Shown one piece after another: positions 1-9,228 of a stretch of DNA of 64,000 nt. The DNA comes from Candidatus Marinacidobacterium sp. (GTDB lineage: Bacteria > Acidobacteriota > Vicinamibacteria > Marinacidobacterales > Marinacidobacteraceae), in assembly GCA_965204755.1 (NCBI GenBank), contig OZ242011.1:2496001-2560000 (forward strand), written 5' to 3'. A program made the position numbers and the translations under genes. The notes beneath the pieces were generated by a model, which saw only the letters and a list, made by a program, of their open reading frames with translations, was not told the DNA's origin and did not search any database. Within the stretch, counting starts at the first letter, position 1, and every line of letters begins with the position of its first letter.

Positions 1-709
1 CCTCGACACCGTCCGCCGGCTCAAGGAGATGCTCGAGCGGCGGGGTCGCTCCTCGGTGGATGTGGTGGCCGGGAACATCGCCACCGCCGCCGCCGCCCGG
101 GACCTGATCGAGGCCGGCGCCGACGGCGTGAAAGTGGGGATGGGCCCCGGCTCGATCTGCACCACCCGCGTGGTCGCCGGCACCGGGATGCCGCAATTCA
201 CGGCCATCCGGAATGCCCGCGAGACCACCGCCGGCGCGGACGCGCCCCTGATCGCCGACGGCGGCATCCGGTTCAGCGGCGACATCGTGAAGGCCGTCGC
301 CGCCGGCGCGGACAGCGTGATGATCGGCAACCTCCTCGCCGGCGCCGACGAGAGCCCGGGCGAGACCATCCTCTACCAAGGGCGCGCCTTCAAGAGTTAC
401 CGCGGGATGGGCTCGCTCGGAGCGATGAGCGGCCACACCGCCGACCGCTACCAGCAGGCCGGCCGCGAGCGCTCCGGCCTGGTCCCGGAGGGGATCGAGG
501 GGCGCGTCCCCACCAAGGGGCCGCTCGCCGGCGTGGTGCAGCAACTCATCGGGGGGCTCCGCTCCGGGATGGGCTACGCCGGATGCCGCAGCGTCCCCGA
601 ACTCCAGCAGCGGGCCGAATTCGTACGGGTGACCGGCGCCGGCCAGCGGGAGGGCCACGCCCACGATGTGGTCGTCACCAAGGAAGCCCCGAACTACCGG
701 CTGGAGTAG
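1..709 (+). CDS. guaB: IMP dehydrogenase, 3' part (5' end outside window)
   Basis: Motifs [20 protein letters not shown] (catalytic Cys), [35 protein letters not shown]; frame is open back to the window edge. Confidence 0.97.
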   Translation, partial: LDTVRRLKEMLERRGRSSVDVVAGNIATAAAARDLIEAGADGVKVGMGPGSICTTRVVAGTGMPQFTAIRNARETTAGADAPLIADGGIRFSGDIVKAVAAGADSVMIGNLLAGADESPGETILYQGRAFKSYRGMGSLGAMSGHTADRYQQAGRERSGLVPEGIEGRVPTKGPLAGVVQQLIGGLRSGMGYAGCRSVPELQQRAEFVRVTGAGQREGHAHDVVVTKEAPNYRLE

Positions 710-1814
710 CCGCGCGGCGCCGCGGCGCTCCTTCCGGCCCGCGCTGCCCGCCGCCGGCGCCCTCGCGGTCCTCTGCGCTGCGGTTTCGCCGGGCTGCCGG
801 GCCGCCGGCCAGGCCCCGCTGATCACGGTCTATGTCCCGGACATCGCGGTCTCGCTGCCGCTCCCCCAGGGCTGGACATCCGCCTCGGACCAGCAGGGCG
901 GCTTCCGCATGACCACCTTCACCGGCCCTTCGGTGGATGTGCCGGACCGGGACGGCATCCAGGTGCAGGTCATGGCCGGCCCGGCGCCCGAGGGCTCCTC
1001 GCTCCGGGAAGTGGCCGACCGGTTCTACATCGGGGGCCAGACGGTGCTCTCCGAGCGGCCCTTCCGCTTCGGCGAAGAGGAGGGCCGGGTCTGGACCTTC
1101 GAGTTCGAGCGCCGGCCGCAGGCCGGCCGGCTGCTGCTCCTCGAGTCCGGCGGCCTCCTCTACGGGGTCTTCACCACCGGCGAGTCCCGAAGCGTCCTCG
1201 CCTACGGGCCGACCCTCGACCGGATGTACGCCGGCTTCGCCCTCGAATCCGCCGGCCATTTCGAGACCTATTCCGATCCGGTGTTCGACCTGGAGGTCCG
1301 CCACCCCCGCAGTTGGACCCGGTCCCATGTGCTCCGGGAAGCGGATTCCACGCTGTTCGTCGGCTTCCGCAGCCCGCCGCTCGCCGTGGAGGCGGCCGGG
1401 GCGACGGTGCACGCCACGCTCGAAGTGACGGTGCGCGCCGCCGAACCGGGGGCGACGCTCGAGACCTTCTACTCCGAGTCGGTGGCCGCGCTCGGCGACA
1501 ATTACCGGATGCTCCGGCACGATGTCCTGGACGAGGGCCGCGGCATCGCCGTGCTCTACTCGGTGGAGACCCAACTCGCCGACTACCTCGAGTGGGTGAT
1601 CTACAACTTCGTGGACGGGCGCGCCTACCTCTACCGCTTCCACTGCCTCAACCGGTTGTACCGGGCCATCCAGCCCTGGCTCGGCGAGATCGCCGCCGGC
1701 TTCCGGCGAGGCGGCGCCCCTCCCGCGGAGACCCTTCCCCTCCCGGACGAGCCGGAGGAGACCTTCCCGTCCGGCGGCGCCCCGGCGGCGGCCGCTCCCG
1801 GCGCCCGATCATGA
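666..1814 (+). CDS. Exported or lipoprotein with two PsbP/DcrB-like repeats; start uncertain
   Basis: Hydrophobic segment ending SPGC; two repeats with LPLPQGW and VRHPRSW motifs; ATGA overlap with the next gene. Confidence 0.65.
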   Translation: MWSSPRKPRTTGWSSRAAPRRSFRPALPAAGALAVLCAAVSPGCRAAGQAPLITVYVPDIAVSLPLPQGWTSASDQQGGFRMTTFTGPSVDVPDRDGIQVQVMAGPAPEGSSLREVADRFYIGGQTVLSERPFRFGEEEGRVWTFEFERRPQAGRLLLLESGGLLYGVFTTGESRSVLAYGPTLDRMYAGFALESAGHFETYSDPVFDLEVRHPRSWTRSHVLREADSTLFVGFRSPPLAVEAAGATVHATLEVTVRAAEPGATLETFYSESVAALGDNYRMLRHDVLDEGRGIAVLYSVETQLADYLEWVIYNFVDGRAYLYRFHCLNRLYRAIQPWLGEIAAGFRRGGAPPAETLPLPDEPEETFPSGGAPAAAAPGARS

Positions 1815-4216
1815 GACCCGGCTTCCGGCGGCTCCTCTCCTTCCTGGCGGTCTCCGCCCTGTTCCTGCCGGCCGCGCTCCGGGGGGAACCGGGCCTCTCC
1901 CGGCCGGCCGGTCCGCCGCAGACCGCCCGCTCCCCGGAGCAGGCCGGAGCGGACGCGCCCCCGAACGAGGAGGCGTCCGGGCCCCGGCAGACCGGTAACG
2001 GCGCGGCCCGCGGCGGCTCGGCCGCCGGCGCCGCCGCCGCGGTCCTGGCCCTGCCGCCGCCGAAGGCGGTCTCGCCCTCCTCCGCCCAACTGCGCGGGAT
2101 GCCCCGGGAGGCCCGGGTGGCGGCGCTCGAGGCCCGCTCCTGGGAAATCCGCGCCGAGCCGGCCGGGGAGCCGATCTCGGTGGACGGCTGGCTCGACGAG
2201 GCCGCCTGGGAGCGCGCCGAGCCGGTGGGCGACTTCTACGAACGCGAGACCCGCGAGGGGCTCCCCTCCACCGAGTCCACGATCGTCCGGGTCCTCTACG
2301 ACGACGAGAACCTCTACTTCGGTTTCTACTGCACCCTGGACGACGCCGGGGAACATCGCCCGCGAACGATGTTCCGCGACGAGAACATCGCCAGCGACGA
2401 CGCGGTGGCGATCATGCTCGACGCCTACAACGACCGGCGAAGCGCCGTCTTCCTCGCGACGAACGCGAACGGCATCCTCTTCGACATGAGCCAGAACGGG
2501 CAGGGCCCGCGCACCCGCAACCTGGACTGGGACACGATCTGGGAGTCCCGCGGCCAACACCTGCCCGGCGGTTGGACCGCCGAAGTCCGCATTCCGCTGA
2601 AGTCGCTCCGCTTCCGTCCGCCGGCGCCCGGCGAACCGGCGGTCTTCGGCGTGGGCTTCAAGCGGAACATCCCGATGAAGACGGAAGAGGTGTACTGGCC
2701 CTTCGTCGGGAACGACTCCACTTGGTACCGCCCGTCCGAACTCGGGAGACTCACCGGTCTCGAGGGCATCCGTCCGGGACGCAATGTGGAGATCCGCCCG
2801 TACGGCCTGGGCTCGTTGACCGGCGGCGCCGAGTGGGAGGGGGAAGCCCGCCGCACCGACGGCGGCCTCGACCTGAAGTGGGGGATCACTCCCGGCCTCA
2901 CCGCCGACTTCACCTGGAACACCGACTTCGCGCAGGAAGAGGTGGACGACCTCCAGATCAACTTCAGCCGCTTCTCCCTCCGCTTTCCCGAGAAACGCCA
3001 GATCTTCCTGGAAGGCCAGCGCAACTTCCAGTTCGGGGAACGCCGCGACGCGGACATCGTCTTCACCCGCCGCATCGGCCTCTCCGACGACGGCGAGGCG
3101 GTCCCCATCCTCGGCGGCGGCCGCCTCTCCGGCCGGCAGGGCGCCTACACCCTGGGCCTCATGGGGATGGCGACCGCCGCCACCGGCGACCTCCCGGCGG
3201 AGCGGTTCACCGTCGCCCGGATGCGGCGCGACCTCTTTTCTCGCTCGACGGTGGGCGCGGTCTTCACCGACCGCTCGGGCGGCGGCGCCTTCAACCGGGT
3301 GGTCGGAGTGGACACCAGTCTGTTCTTCCGCGATGTCTGGACCTTCGAGGGCGTCTGGGCGCGCGTCTTCGACAGCGCAGACGGCCTGGAGACGGCCCCG
3401 GCGGAAAACCGGGGTCTGGTCAGCGGCCGCCTCTCCTACGACTCGGACCTGCTGGGCGCCACCGCCAAGTTCATCGAGATCGGCGACGGGTTCGATCCCG
3501 GAATCGGCTTCATCCGCCGGGACGCGATGCGGAAGATATACACGCGCGCCCGGATCTCGCCCCGGCCGGGCGCCGCCTGGCTCCGGCAAGTGCACCTCGA
3601 GGCCAACATGCAGCGGATCACGGACTTGCAGAACGAGCCGGAAACCCGCCGGGTGAACCTCCAGGGCCGCGCCACGCTGGAGAGCGGCGACGAATTCTCG
3701 GTGGAGGTCAGCGACATGCACGAGAGGACCGCCTACGACTACACGCTGAACGAGGTGCTCGTACCCGCCGGCGACTACCTCTTCCGCCGATACCAGTTCT
3801 CCTTCAACACCTACTACCGCCGCTACGCCTCGATGCGCGCCAGTTACGAGGCCGGCGGTTTCTGGGGAGGCGAGCGCGACATCTGGTCGTTCGGCGGCAA
3901 CTACCGGGTGAACCGCAACTTCGGCCTGGACGGCAACTATTCCTACAACCGCGTGCGGCTGCCGCTCGGCGACTTCGACACCCACCTGGTCTCCACCCGG
4001 ATGCGGCTCGCCTTCCGCAACGACCTGGTGCTCCTGGGTTTGTTCCAGTACAACCAGGCGACGGGCGACCTGGCATCCAATGTGAGGTTCCACTGGATCC
4101 CCAAGCCGGGCGCGGATGTCTTCGTGGTCTATACCGAGTTGGACGAGTGGGCCGAGGTCTTCTTCGCCAAGAACCGCAGCCTCTCGGTGAAGTTGAACTA
4201 CCTGTTCCGACTTTGA
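1811..4216 (+). CDS. CBM9-like/DUF5916 outer-membrane protein
   Basis: Signal peptide [14 protein letters not shown]; VDGWLDEAAW, WTAEVRIPLKSLRF, NTDFAQEEVD, FPEKRQIFLEG; barrel-type C-terminus KLNYLFRL. Confidence 0.88.
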   Translation: MRPGFRRLLSFLAVSALFLPAALRGEPGLSRPAGPPQTARSPEQAGADAPPNEEASGPRQTGNGAARGGSAAGAAAAVLALPPPKAVSPSSAQLRGMPREARVAALEARSWEIRAEPAGEPISVDGWLDEAAWERAEPVGDFYERETREGLPSTESTIVRVLYDDENLYFGFYCTLDDAGEHRPRTMFRDENIASDDAVAIMLDAYNDRRSAVFLATNANGILFDMSQNGQGPRTRNLDWDTIWESRGQHLPGGWTAEVRIPLKSLRFRPPAPGEPAVFGVGFKRNIPMKTEEVYWPFVGNDSTWYRPSELGRLTGLEGIRPGRNVEIRPYGLGSLTGGAEWEGEARRTDGGLDLKWGITPGLTADFTWNTDFAQEEVDDLQINFSRFSLRFPEKRQIFLEGQRNFQFGERRDADIVFTRRIGLSDDGEAVPILGGGRLSGRQGAYTLGLMGMATAATGDLPAERFTVARMRRDLFSRSTVGAVFTDRSGGGAFNRVVGVDTSLFFRDVWTFEGVWARVFDSADGLETAPAENRGLVSGRLSYDSDLLGATAKFIEIGDGFDPGIGFIRRDAMRKIYTRARISPRPGAAWLRQVHLEANMQRITDLQNEPETRRVNLQGRATLESGDEFSVEVSDMHERTAYDYTLNEVLVPAGDYLFRRYQFSFNTYYRRYASMRASYEAGGFWGGERDIWSFGGNYRVNRNFGLDGNYSYNRVRLPLGDFDTHLVSTRMRLAFRNDLVLLGLFQYNQATGDLASNVRFHWIPKPGADVFVVYTELDEWAEVFFAKNRSLSVKLNYLFRL

Positions 4217-4299
4217 TCCCGGAACCGGCGCCGGGTGTCGTCGGACGCCGCCGCTCTCCGCTCCCGCCGGGAACGCGGCTTGCATCGTTCGGAGGCGCC

Positions 4300-6342
4300 A
4301 TGTCGAAAACCGCACCGTCTTCCCCGTTCGCTCCCTTTCCCTCCCGGCGCCGCCGGTCACCGGCTTCGCTTCCGCCGCGCCGCCGCCTCCCGCTCCGGGC
4401 GGCCCCGGCCGCCCTCGCGGCGCTGACCGCGGCGTTCCTCGCGCCCGCGACGGAAGCGGCGGCCCAAGGGTTCCGCTTCCGCGCGGAGGCCACGCGCGTG
4501 CTGGTGGATGTGCTCGTGCTCGACGGTGACGGAAACCCCGTTCCCGGGCTCGGCGTGTCCGACTTCGTTCTGCTCGAAGACGGCGAGTCCCAGCAGGTGG
4601 CGAGCGTCGAAGTCGTGGACTGGGAGCGCTACACGGTTTCCGACGAAGCGGCCCCGGAAGGAACTCCGGGCGCCCCGGCGCCGGTGGCCGCGGCGGAAGC
4701 CGACCTCGCGGCGGCGGCGAGCGAGACCCCCCGCCGTTTCGTGATCGTCTTCAACCGCCGGCGAGCCGACCCGGTGAACCTGCGCCGGGCGAAGCGCGGC
4801 CTCGAGGAGTTCGTAACGAACCACATGGTGGACGGCGACGAGACGATGCTCATCGAGTTCGCGAACACCGTCCGCGTCCTCCAGGAGTTCTCCTCCGGGA
4901 AACAGGAGACGCTGGCCTCGGTCCGGCGCATCGTTCCCGGCACTTACGAGAGCCCCGTCGGGCCGGAGATGGACGCCCGCGAGTCGTTCGAAATGCTCTA
5001 CGCGCTCTCCGAGGCGCTCGAACCGGTGGACGGCCGCAAGATCGTGGTGCTCTTCTCCATCGGCCTCGACACCTTCGCCGATCCCCGCGCCCGCATCGAT
5101 ACCTCCGCCGGAGAGGCGGTCGAGGAGTTCCCCGGGCGTAACCAACTCGACGAGTCGAACTCCCTGTTCGCCGCCATCCGCCAGTTGAACCACGCGAACG
5201 CCACCCTCTACACCGTGGATCTCGAAGGCGTGTACGGCAACGAGAACCGGATCCTGACCGCCAGCCTGAACGAGTTCGATGTGTTAGGGAACGAACTCCC
5301 CATCGAGCCGGACGACCCCCTCGCCCGGATGGAGATGGCGGCGAACATCCCCGCCGAAGGCGGCGCCGCCTCGCTCGCCATCGCCACCGGCGGGGAGTAC
5401 TACGCAAACACCACGAACTTCGCCGTTCCGCTCGGCCGCATCGGCCGCCAGAACGAGTTGTACTACCTGCTGAGTTTCTCGCCGCGGAACACCGAACTCG
5501 ACGGCTCCTACCGCGAGATCGAAGTGCGCGTGGAAGGCCGCCCCGACTACCGGGTGGTCGCCCGCCCCGGCTACTTCGCGCGGGAGCGGAGGGGCGCGGC
5601 GCCGGCACCGGAGACCGTCGCCCGAGGCGAGCACGGCTACGCCCTGCCGGAGAACCTCCACACTTACGCCTACCTGCTGAACGCCGTTCCGGGCGGCGCT
5701 TTCGCGGCGCTCCACGCCGCCCTGCCGGAAACCGGCATCGGGGAAGACGCGGAGTTGGGTCTGCGGGTGCTCGACGCCGGGGGCGCGGTCCTCGCCGAGG
5801 CCGGGGGCCGGGTGGACCGGGAGCGGTTCTGGGTCTCCGGCGCGGCGCCGCTGCCCGCCGGTGAACACCGCCTGGAGATCCTGGTCGGCGACGGCGGAGG
5901 CGCACCGGGCGGCAGCCTCCGTTCGGCCTCGATCATGCTCACCGTTCCGGCGGACTACGGCGCCTCGTTTTCGGTGTCCAGCGTCTTCCCGTTCGTCGCC
6001 GAGTCCGAGGGGCAGGGCCCCGGCCCGCCGGTACGCCCGATCGCCTCCTTCGCCGCCGGCGAGGCGGCTCGCGTGGGCCTCTTCGTGTTTCCCGGCCGCG
6101 AGGACCCGGCGGCCGGCGTCCGCGTCTCCTACGAAGTGCGGAACGAACGCGGCGAAGTCGTCGTCGAGGCGGAGCGCCCCGACCTGTTCCCGCTCGACCC
6201 CGCGCGGGCGGACGGCATCCCGCTCCTCCTGGGAGTGGACACCTCCGGGCTCGGCGGCGCGCGATACACCCTGCTCGTCCGGGTAACGGAAGCCGGCGGG
6301 GAACGCACCGCCGCCTCGGAACTCGAATTCCAGATCCGCTGA
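4300..6342 (+). CDS. VWA-domain protein, acidobacterial type (paralog 1)
   Basis: GGAGG before ATG; FRFRAEATRVLVDVLVLDGDGNPVPGL, GRKIVVLFS, TGGEYY, YYLLSF, ARPGYFA. Confidence 0.88.
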   Translation: MSKTAPSSPFAPFPSRRRRSPASLPPRRRLPLRAAPAALAALTAAFLAPATEAAAQGFRFRAEATRVLVDVLVLDGDGNPVPGLGVSDFVLLEDGESQQVASVEVVDWERYTVSDEAAPEGTPGAPAPVAAAEADLAAAASETPRRFVIVFNRRRADPVNLRRAKRGLEEFVTNHMVDGDETMLIEFANTVRVLQEFSSGKQETLASVRRIVPGTYESPVGPEMDARESFEMLYALSEALEPVDGRKIVVLFSIGLDTFADPRARIDTSAGEAVEEFPGRNQLDESNSLFAAIRQLNHANATLYTVDLEGVYGNENRILTASLNEFDVLGNELPIEPDDPLARMEMAANIPAEGGAASLAIATGGEYYANTTNFAVPLGRIGRQNELYYLLSFSPRNTELDGSYREIEVRVEGRPDYRVVARPGYFARERRGAAPAPETVARGEHGYALPENLHTYAYLLNAVPGGAFAALHAALPETGIGEDAELGLRVLDAGGAVLAEAGGRVDRERFWVSGAAPLPAGEHRLEILVGDGGGAPGGSLRSASIMLTVPADYGASFSVSSVFPFVAESEGQGPGPPVRPIASFAAGEAARVGLFVFPGREDPAAGVRVSYEVRNERGEVVVEAERPDLFPLDPARADGIPLLLGVDTSGLGGARYTLLVRVTEAGGERTAASELEFQIR

Positions 6343-6383
6343 CCCTCCGGGGGCAGCGGGTCCGGTCACCGGGCAGCGTCGAG

Positions 6384-8288
6384 ATGCGGGCTTCCACCGC
6401 GGGCCGCCGCCGGCGCGGGTCGGCCGCCCTCTTCGCCGCGCTGTCGTTCCTCGCGGTTGCGGCGCCCGCGGCGGGGCAGGGGTTCCGCTTCCGCGCCGAC
6501 GCCACGCGGGTGTTGGTGGACGCGCTGGTCCTCGATGCGGCGGGCGATCCGATCCCGGGGCTCCGCGCGGCCGATTTCCGCCTGTTCGAGGACGGCGCGG
6601 AGCAGCGGATCGCCTCCGTCGAAGTCGTCGGCGCCGGCCCCCCGTTCGCGCCCGGTTCGGGCCCGCTTCCGAGCGCGGCGACGGATCGGTCCGCTGCGGA
6701 TCGAGGCCCGACTCCCCGCCGCTTCGTGATCGTCTTCAACCGGCGCCAGGCGGACCCGGTGAGACTCCGCCGGGCCAAGCGCGGCCTGCTGGAGTTCCTG
6801 GAGAACGACGCGCGGCCGGACGACGAGACCATGATCCTCGACCTCGGCGCCTCGCTCCGGGTGCTCCGGGAGTTGGGAACCGGCAAGGAGGAGGCGCTCG
6901 CGGCCGCGCGCCGGATCGTCCCCGGCGGCATCTCCACCGCGGTCGGCGGCGGCCGCGACGCCCGCGACTCGTTCCGCCTGATCGCCGCCCTCGGCGACGC
7001 CCTCGAGCCCCTGGACGGCCGCAAGATCGTGGTCCTCTTCTCGGTGGGCCTCGAAGCCTTCGCCGGCCCGGGCGCGCGCGGCCCGTTCGGCCGCCGCCGC
7101 TTCGGGGAGGGGAACGCGCTGTTCGCCGCGATCCGCCAGTTGAACCACGCGAACGCCACGCTCTACGCGGTGGACCTCGAAGGGGTCTTCGGCAACGAAG
7201 ACTTCATCCTCAAGGCCCATCCGGACGGCCCGAGTGATTCCTTCGCCGATCCCTCCTTCGTGTCCACCGCGGACGCGAACTTCCCCGGCGGCGACCCGAT
7301 GGGCGGCGACGCCGCCTCGCTCGCCGTCTCCACCGGCGGCGAGTACTACCCGAACTCCACGAACTTCGCCGTCCCGCTCGCCCGCATCGCCCGCCAGAAC
7401 TCGCTCTACTACCTGCTCACCTACTCCCCCGAGCGCGCCGAACTCGACGACTCCTACCGCCGCCTGGAGGTGCGGGTCCCCGGCCGCCGGGGCGCGCGGG
7501 TGGTCTCGCGCCCCGGCTACTTCGCCCGGGAGCGGCGCGGCGCCTCCCCCGCGAAGGCTGTCTCCCGCGGCGACCACGGATACGCCCTGCCGGAGAGTCT
7601 CCATACCTACGCCTACCTGCTCTACGCCGTCCCCGGCGGGGCGTTCGCGGCCCTCCACGCGGCCCTTCCGGAGTCCCGGCTGGCCGAACCCGGCGAGGCG
7701 TCCCTCCGGGTGCTGGATTCCGGGGGCGGGGTTCTCGCCGCGTCCGACGGCCCGGTGGACCGGCGCCGCTTCTGGGTCTCCGGCGCCGCGCCGCTTCCGG
7801 CCGGCGAGCATCGCTTCGAGGTCTCGGCGGCCCCCGGCGACGGCGGGCCGGCGGACGGTCTTCTCCGCCCGGTCTCGACCGAACTCGTCGTCCCGGCGGA
7901 CTACGGCGGCGCCTTCTCCCTGTCGAGCGTCTTTCCCTTCGCGGCGGAGTCCGACGCCGCCGGCGCCGGCCCCCCGGTGCGCCCGGTCGCCGCGTTCGCC
8001 GCCGGCGAGCCGGCTCGATTCGGGTTCTTCGCCTTCCCCGGCCGCCGCGACCCGCCGGAGCGGGTTCGGCTGTCCTACCGGGTCCGCGGCGAACGGGGCG
8101 AGATGGTGGTCGAGGCGGATCGCCCGGGGCTCGTCACCCTCGACCCGGCCCGGCTCGAAGGCGTCCCGCTCCGGTTGGAGGTGGACACCGCCGGCTGGGT
8201 CGCCGCCCGCTACACGCTGGTCGTTCGGGTTGCGGAAGCGGACGGCCCGCGCGCCGCCGCCTCGGAACTCGACTTCGAGGTCCGCTGA
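6384..8288 (+). CDS. VWA-domain protein, acidobacterial type (paralog 2)
   Basis: Same motif series as paralog 1 and colinear with it along the whole length. Confidence 0.88.
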   Translation: MRASTAGRRRRGSAALFAALSFLAVAAPAAGQGFRFRADATRVLVDALVLDAAGDPIPGLRAADFRLFEDGAEQRIASVEVVGAGPPFAPGSGPLPSAATDRSAADRGPTPRRFVIVFNRRQADPVRLRRAKRGLLEFLENDARPDDETMILDLGASLRVLRELGTGKEEALAAARRIVPGGISTAVGGGRDARDSFRLIAALGDALEPLDGRKIVVLFSVGLEAFAGPGARGPFGRRRFGEGNALFAAIRQLNHANATLYAVDLEGVFGNEDFILKAHPDGPSDSFADPSFVSTADANFPGGDPMGGDAASLAVSTGGEYYPNSTNFAVPLARIARQNSLYYLLTYSPERAELDDSYRRLEVRVPGRRGARVVSRPGYFARERRGASPAKAVSRGDHGYALPESLHTYAYLLYAVPGGAFAALHAALPESRLAEPGEASLRVLDSGGGVLAASDGPVDRRRFWVSGAAPLPAGEHRFEVSAAPGDGGPADGLLRPVSTELVVPADYGGAFSLSSVFPFAAESDAAGAGPPVRPVAAFAAGEPARFGFFAFPGRRDPPERVRLSYRVRGERGEMVVEADRPGLVTLDPARLEGVPLRLEVDTAGWVAARYTLVVRVAEADGPRAAASELDFEVR

Positions 8289-8335
8289 CTCCTGCCGGCG
8301 GAGACCTTCGAGCGCGTCCCTCCCGGGAATTGCCG

Positions 8336-9064
8336 ATGATCCTCCTCACGCCGCTCTCCCTCCTGGCCGCCCCGGTCTTCCTCGCTCCCGCCGCGCAGCC
8401 GGACGGCTACACCGTCCGCCACTCGACGGCGTCCCCGGCGGCGCTTCTCGCCGCCGGCGCTCCGGAGTGGGACTCCGCCGACGCCGTCGCTTGGGGGCCG
8501 CCGCCCTACGAGACCCGGTTCCGGGCGCTCTGGAGCGGCGCCGGCCTCCACCTGAGGTTCGACGCCGCCGACGACGCCCCCTGGCACACGATGACCCGCC
8601 GCGACGCCCCGATCTGGGAGGAGGAGGCGGTGGAGATCTTCCTCGACTCCGAGGACGACGGCCGCTACCTCGAAGTGGAACTCAGCCCGGCGAATGTGGT
8701 CTGCGACCTCCGCCGCGCCGCCCCGGGATCGGCCGCGGCGGACCCCATCCCGGTTCCTTCGGGCGTCATGGACCGCGGATTCGATGTCGCCGGCCTGGAG
8801 ACCGCCGCCGTCCGCACCGCCGCCGGCTGGACCGGGACCCTGTTCCTCCCTTGGGCCGGCCTCGGCCGTTCGGGCCCGCCCCCGCCGGGGACCGCGCTCC
8901 CCTTCAATGTCTTCCGGATCAAGCGCCCCGGCGGCCCGGAGGCCCCGGCGGAGGGAGCGATCTTCGCCGCCTGGGCCGACACCGGAAGCCCGAGTTTCCA
9001 TGTCCCGGAGGCCTTCCGCCCGATGCGCTTCGCCGCGCCCCCGCCTTCCGCCCGGCCCGACTGA
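8336..9064 (+). CDS. Carbohydrate-binding family 9-like secreted protein
   Basis: Signal peptide; TRFRALWS, IWEEEAVEIFLD, YLEVELSPAN, NVFRIKRPG, SFHVPEAF. Confidence 0.8.
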   Translation: MILLTPLSLLAAPVFLAPAAQPDGYTVRHSTASPAALLAAGAPEWDSADAVAWGPPPYETRFRALWSGAGLHLRFDAADDAPWHTMTRRDAPIWEEEAVEIFLDSEDDGRYLEVELSPANVVCDLRRAAPGSAAADPIPVPSGVMDRGFDVAGLETAAVRTAAGWTGTLFLPWAGLGRSGPPPPGTALPFNVFRIKRPGGPEAPAEGAIFAAWADTGSPSFHVPEAFRPMRFAAPPPSARPD

Positions 9065-9228
9065 CCGGGACGCGGTTCGGCCGGCCTCGGGCGCCGCTTG
9101 GTCCTTCGGGTCGCGGCGCGAGCGGATATAGCCTCCCTTTTCCCCGAAACCGCGGGCGCGGTCCGGCCCTCCCCGGCCGCCGCGCTCCGCTGTCCCCGCC
9201 TTCCCCCTTCACCGGGAAACCCTTCCGT

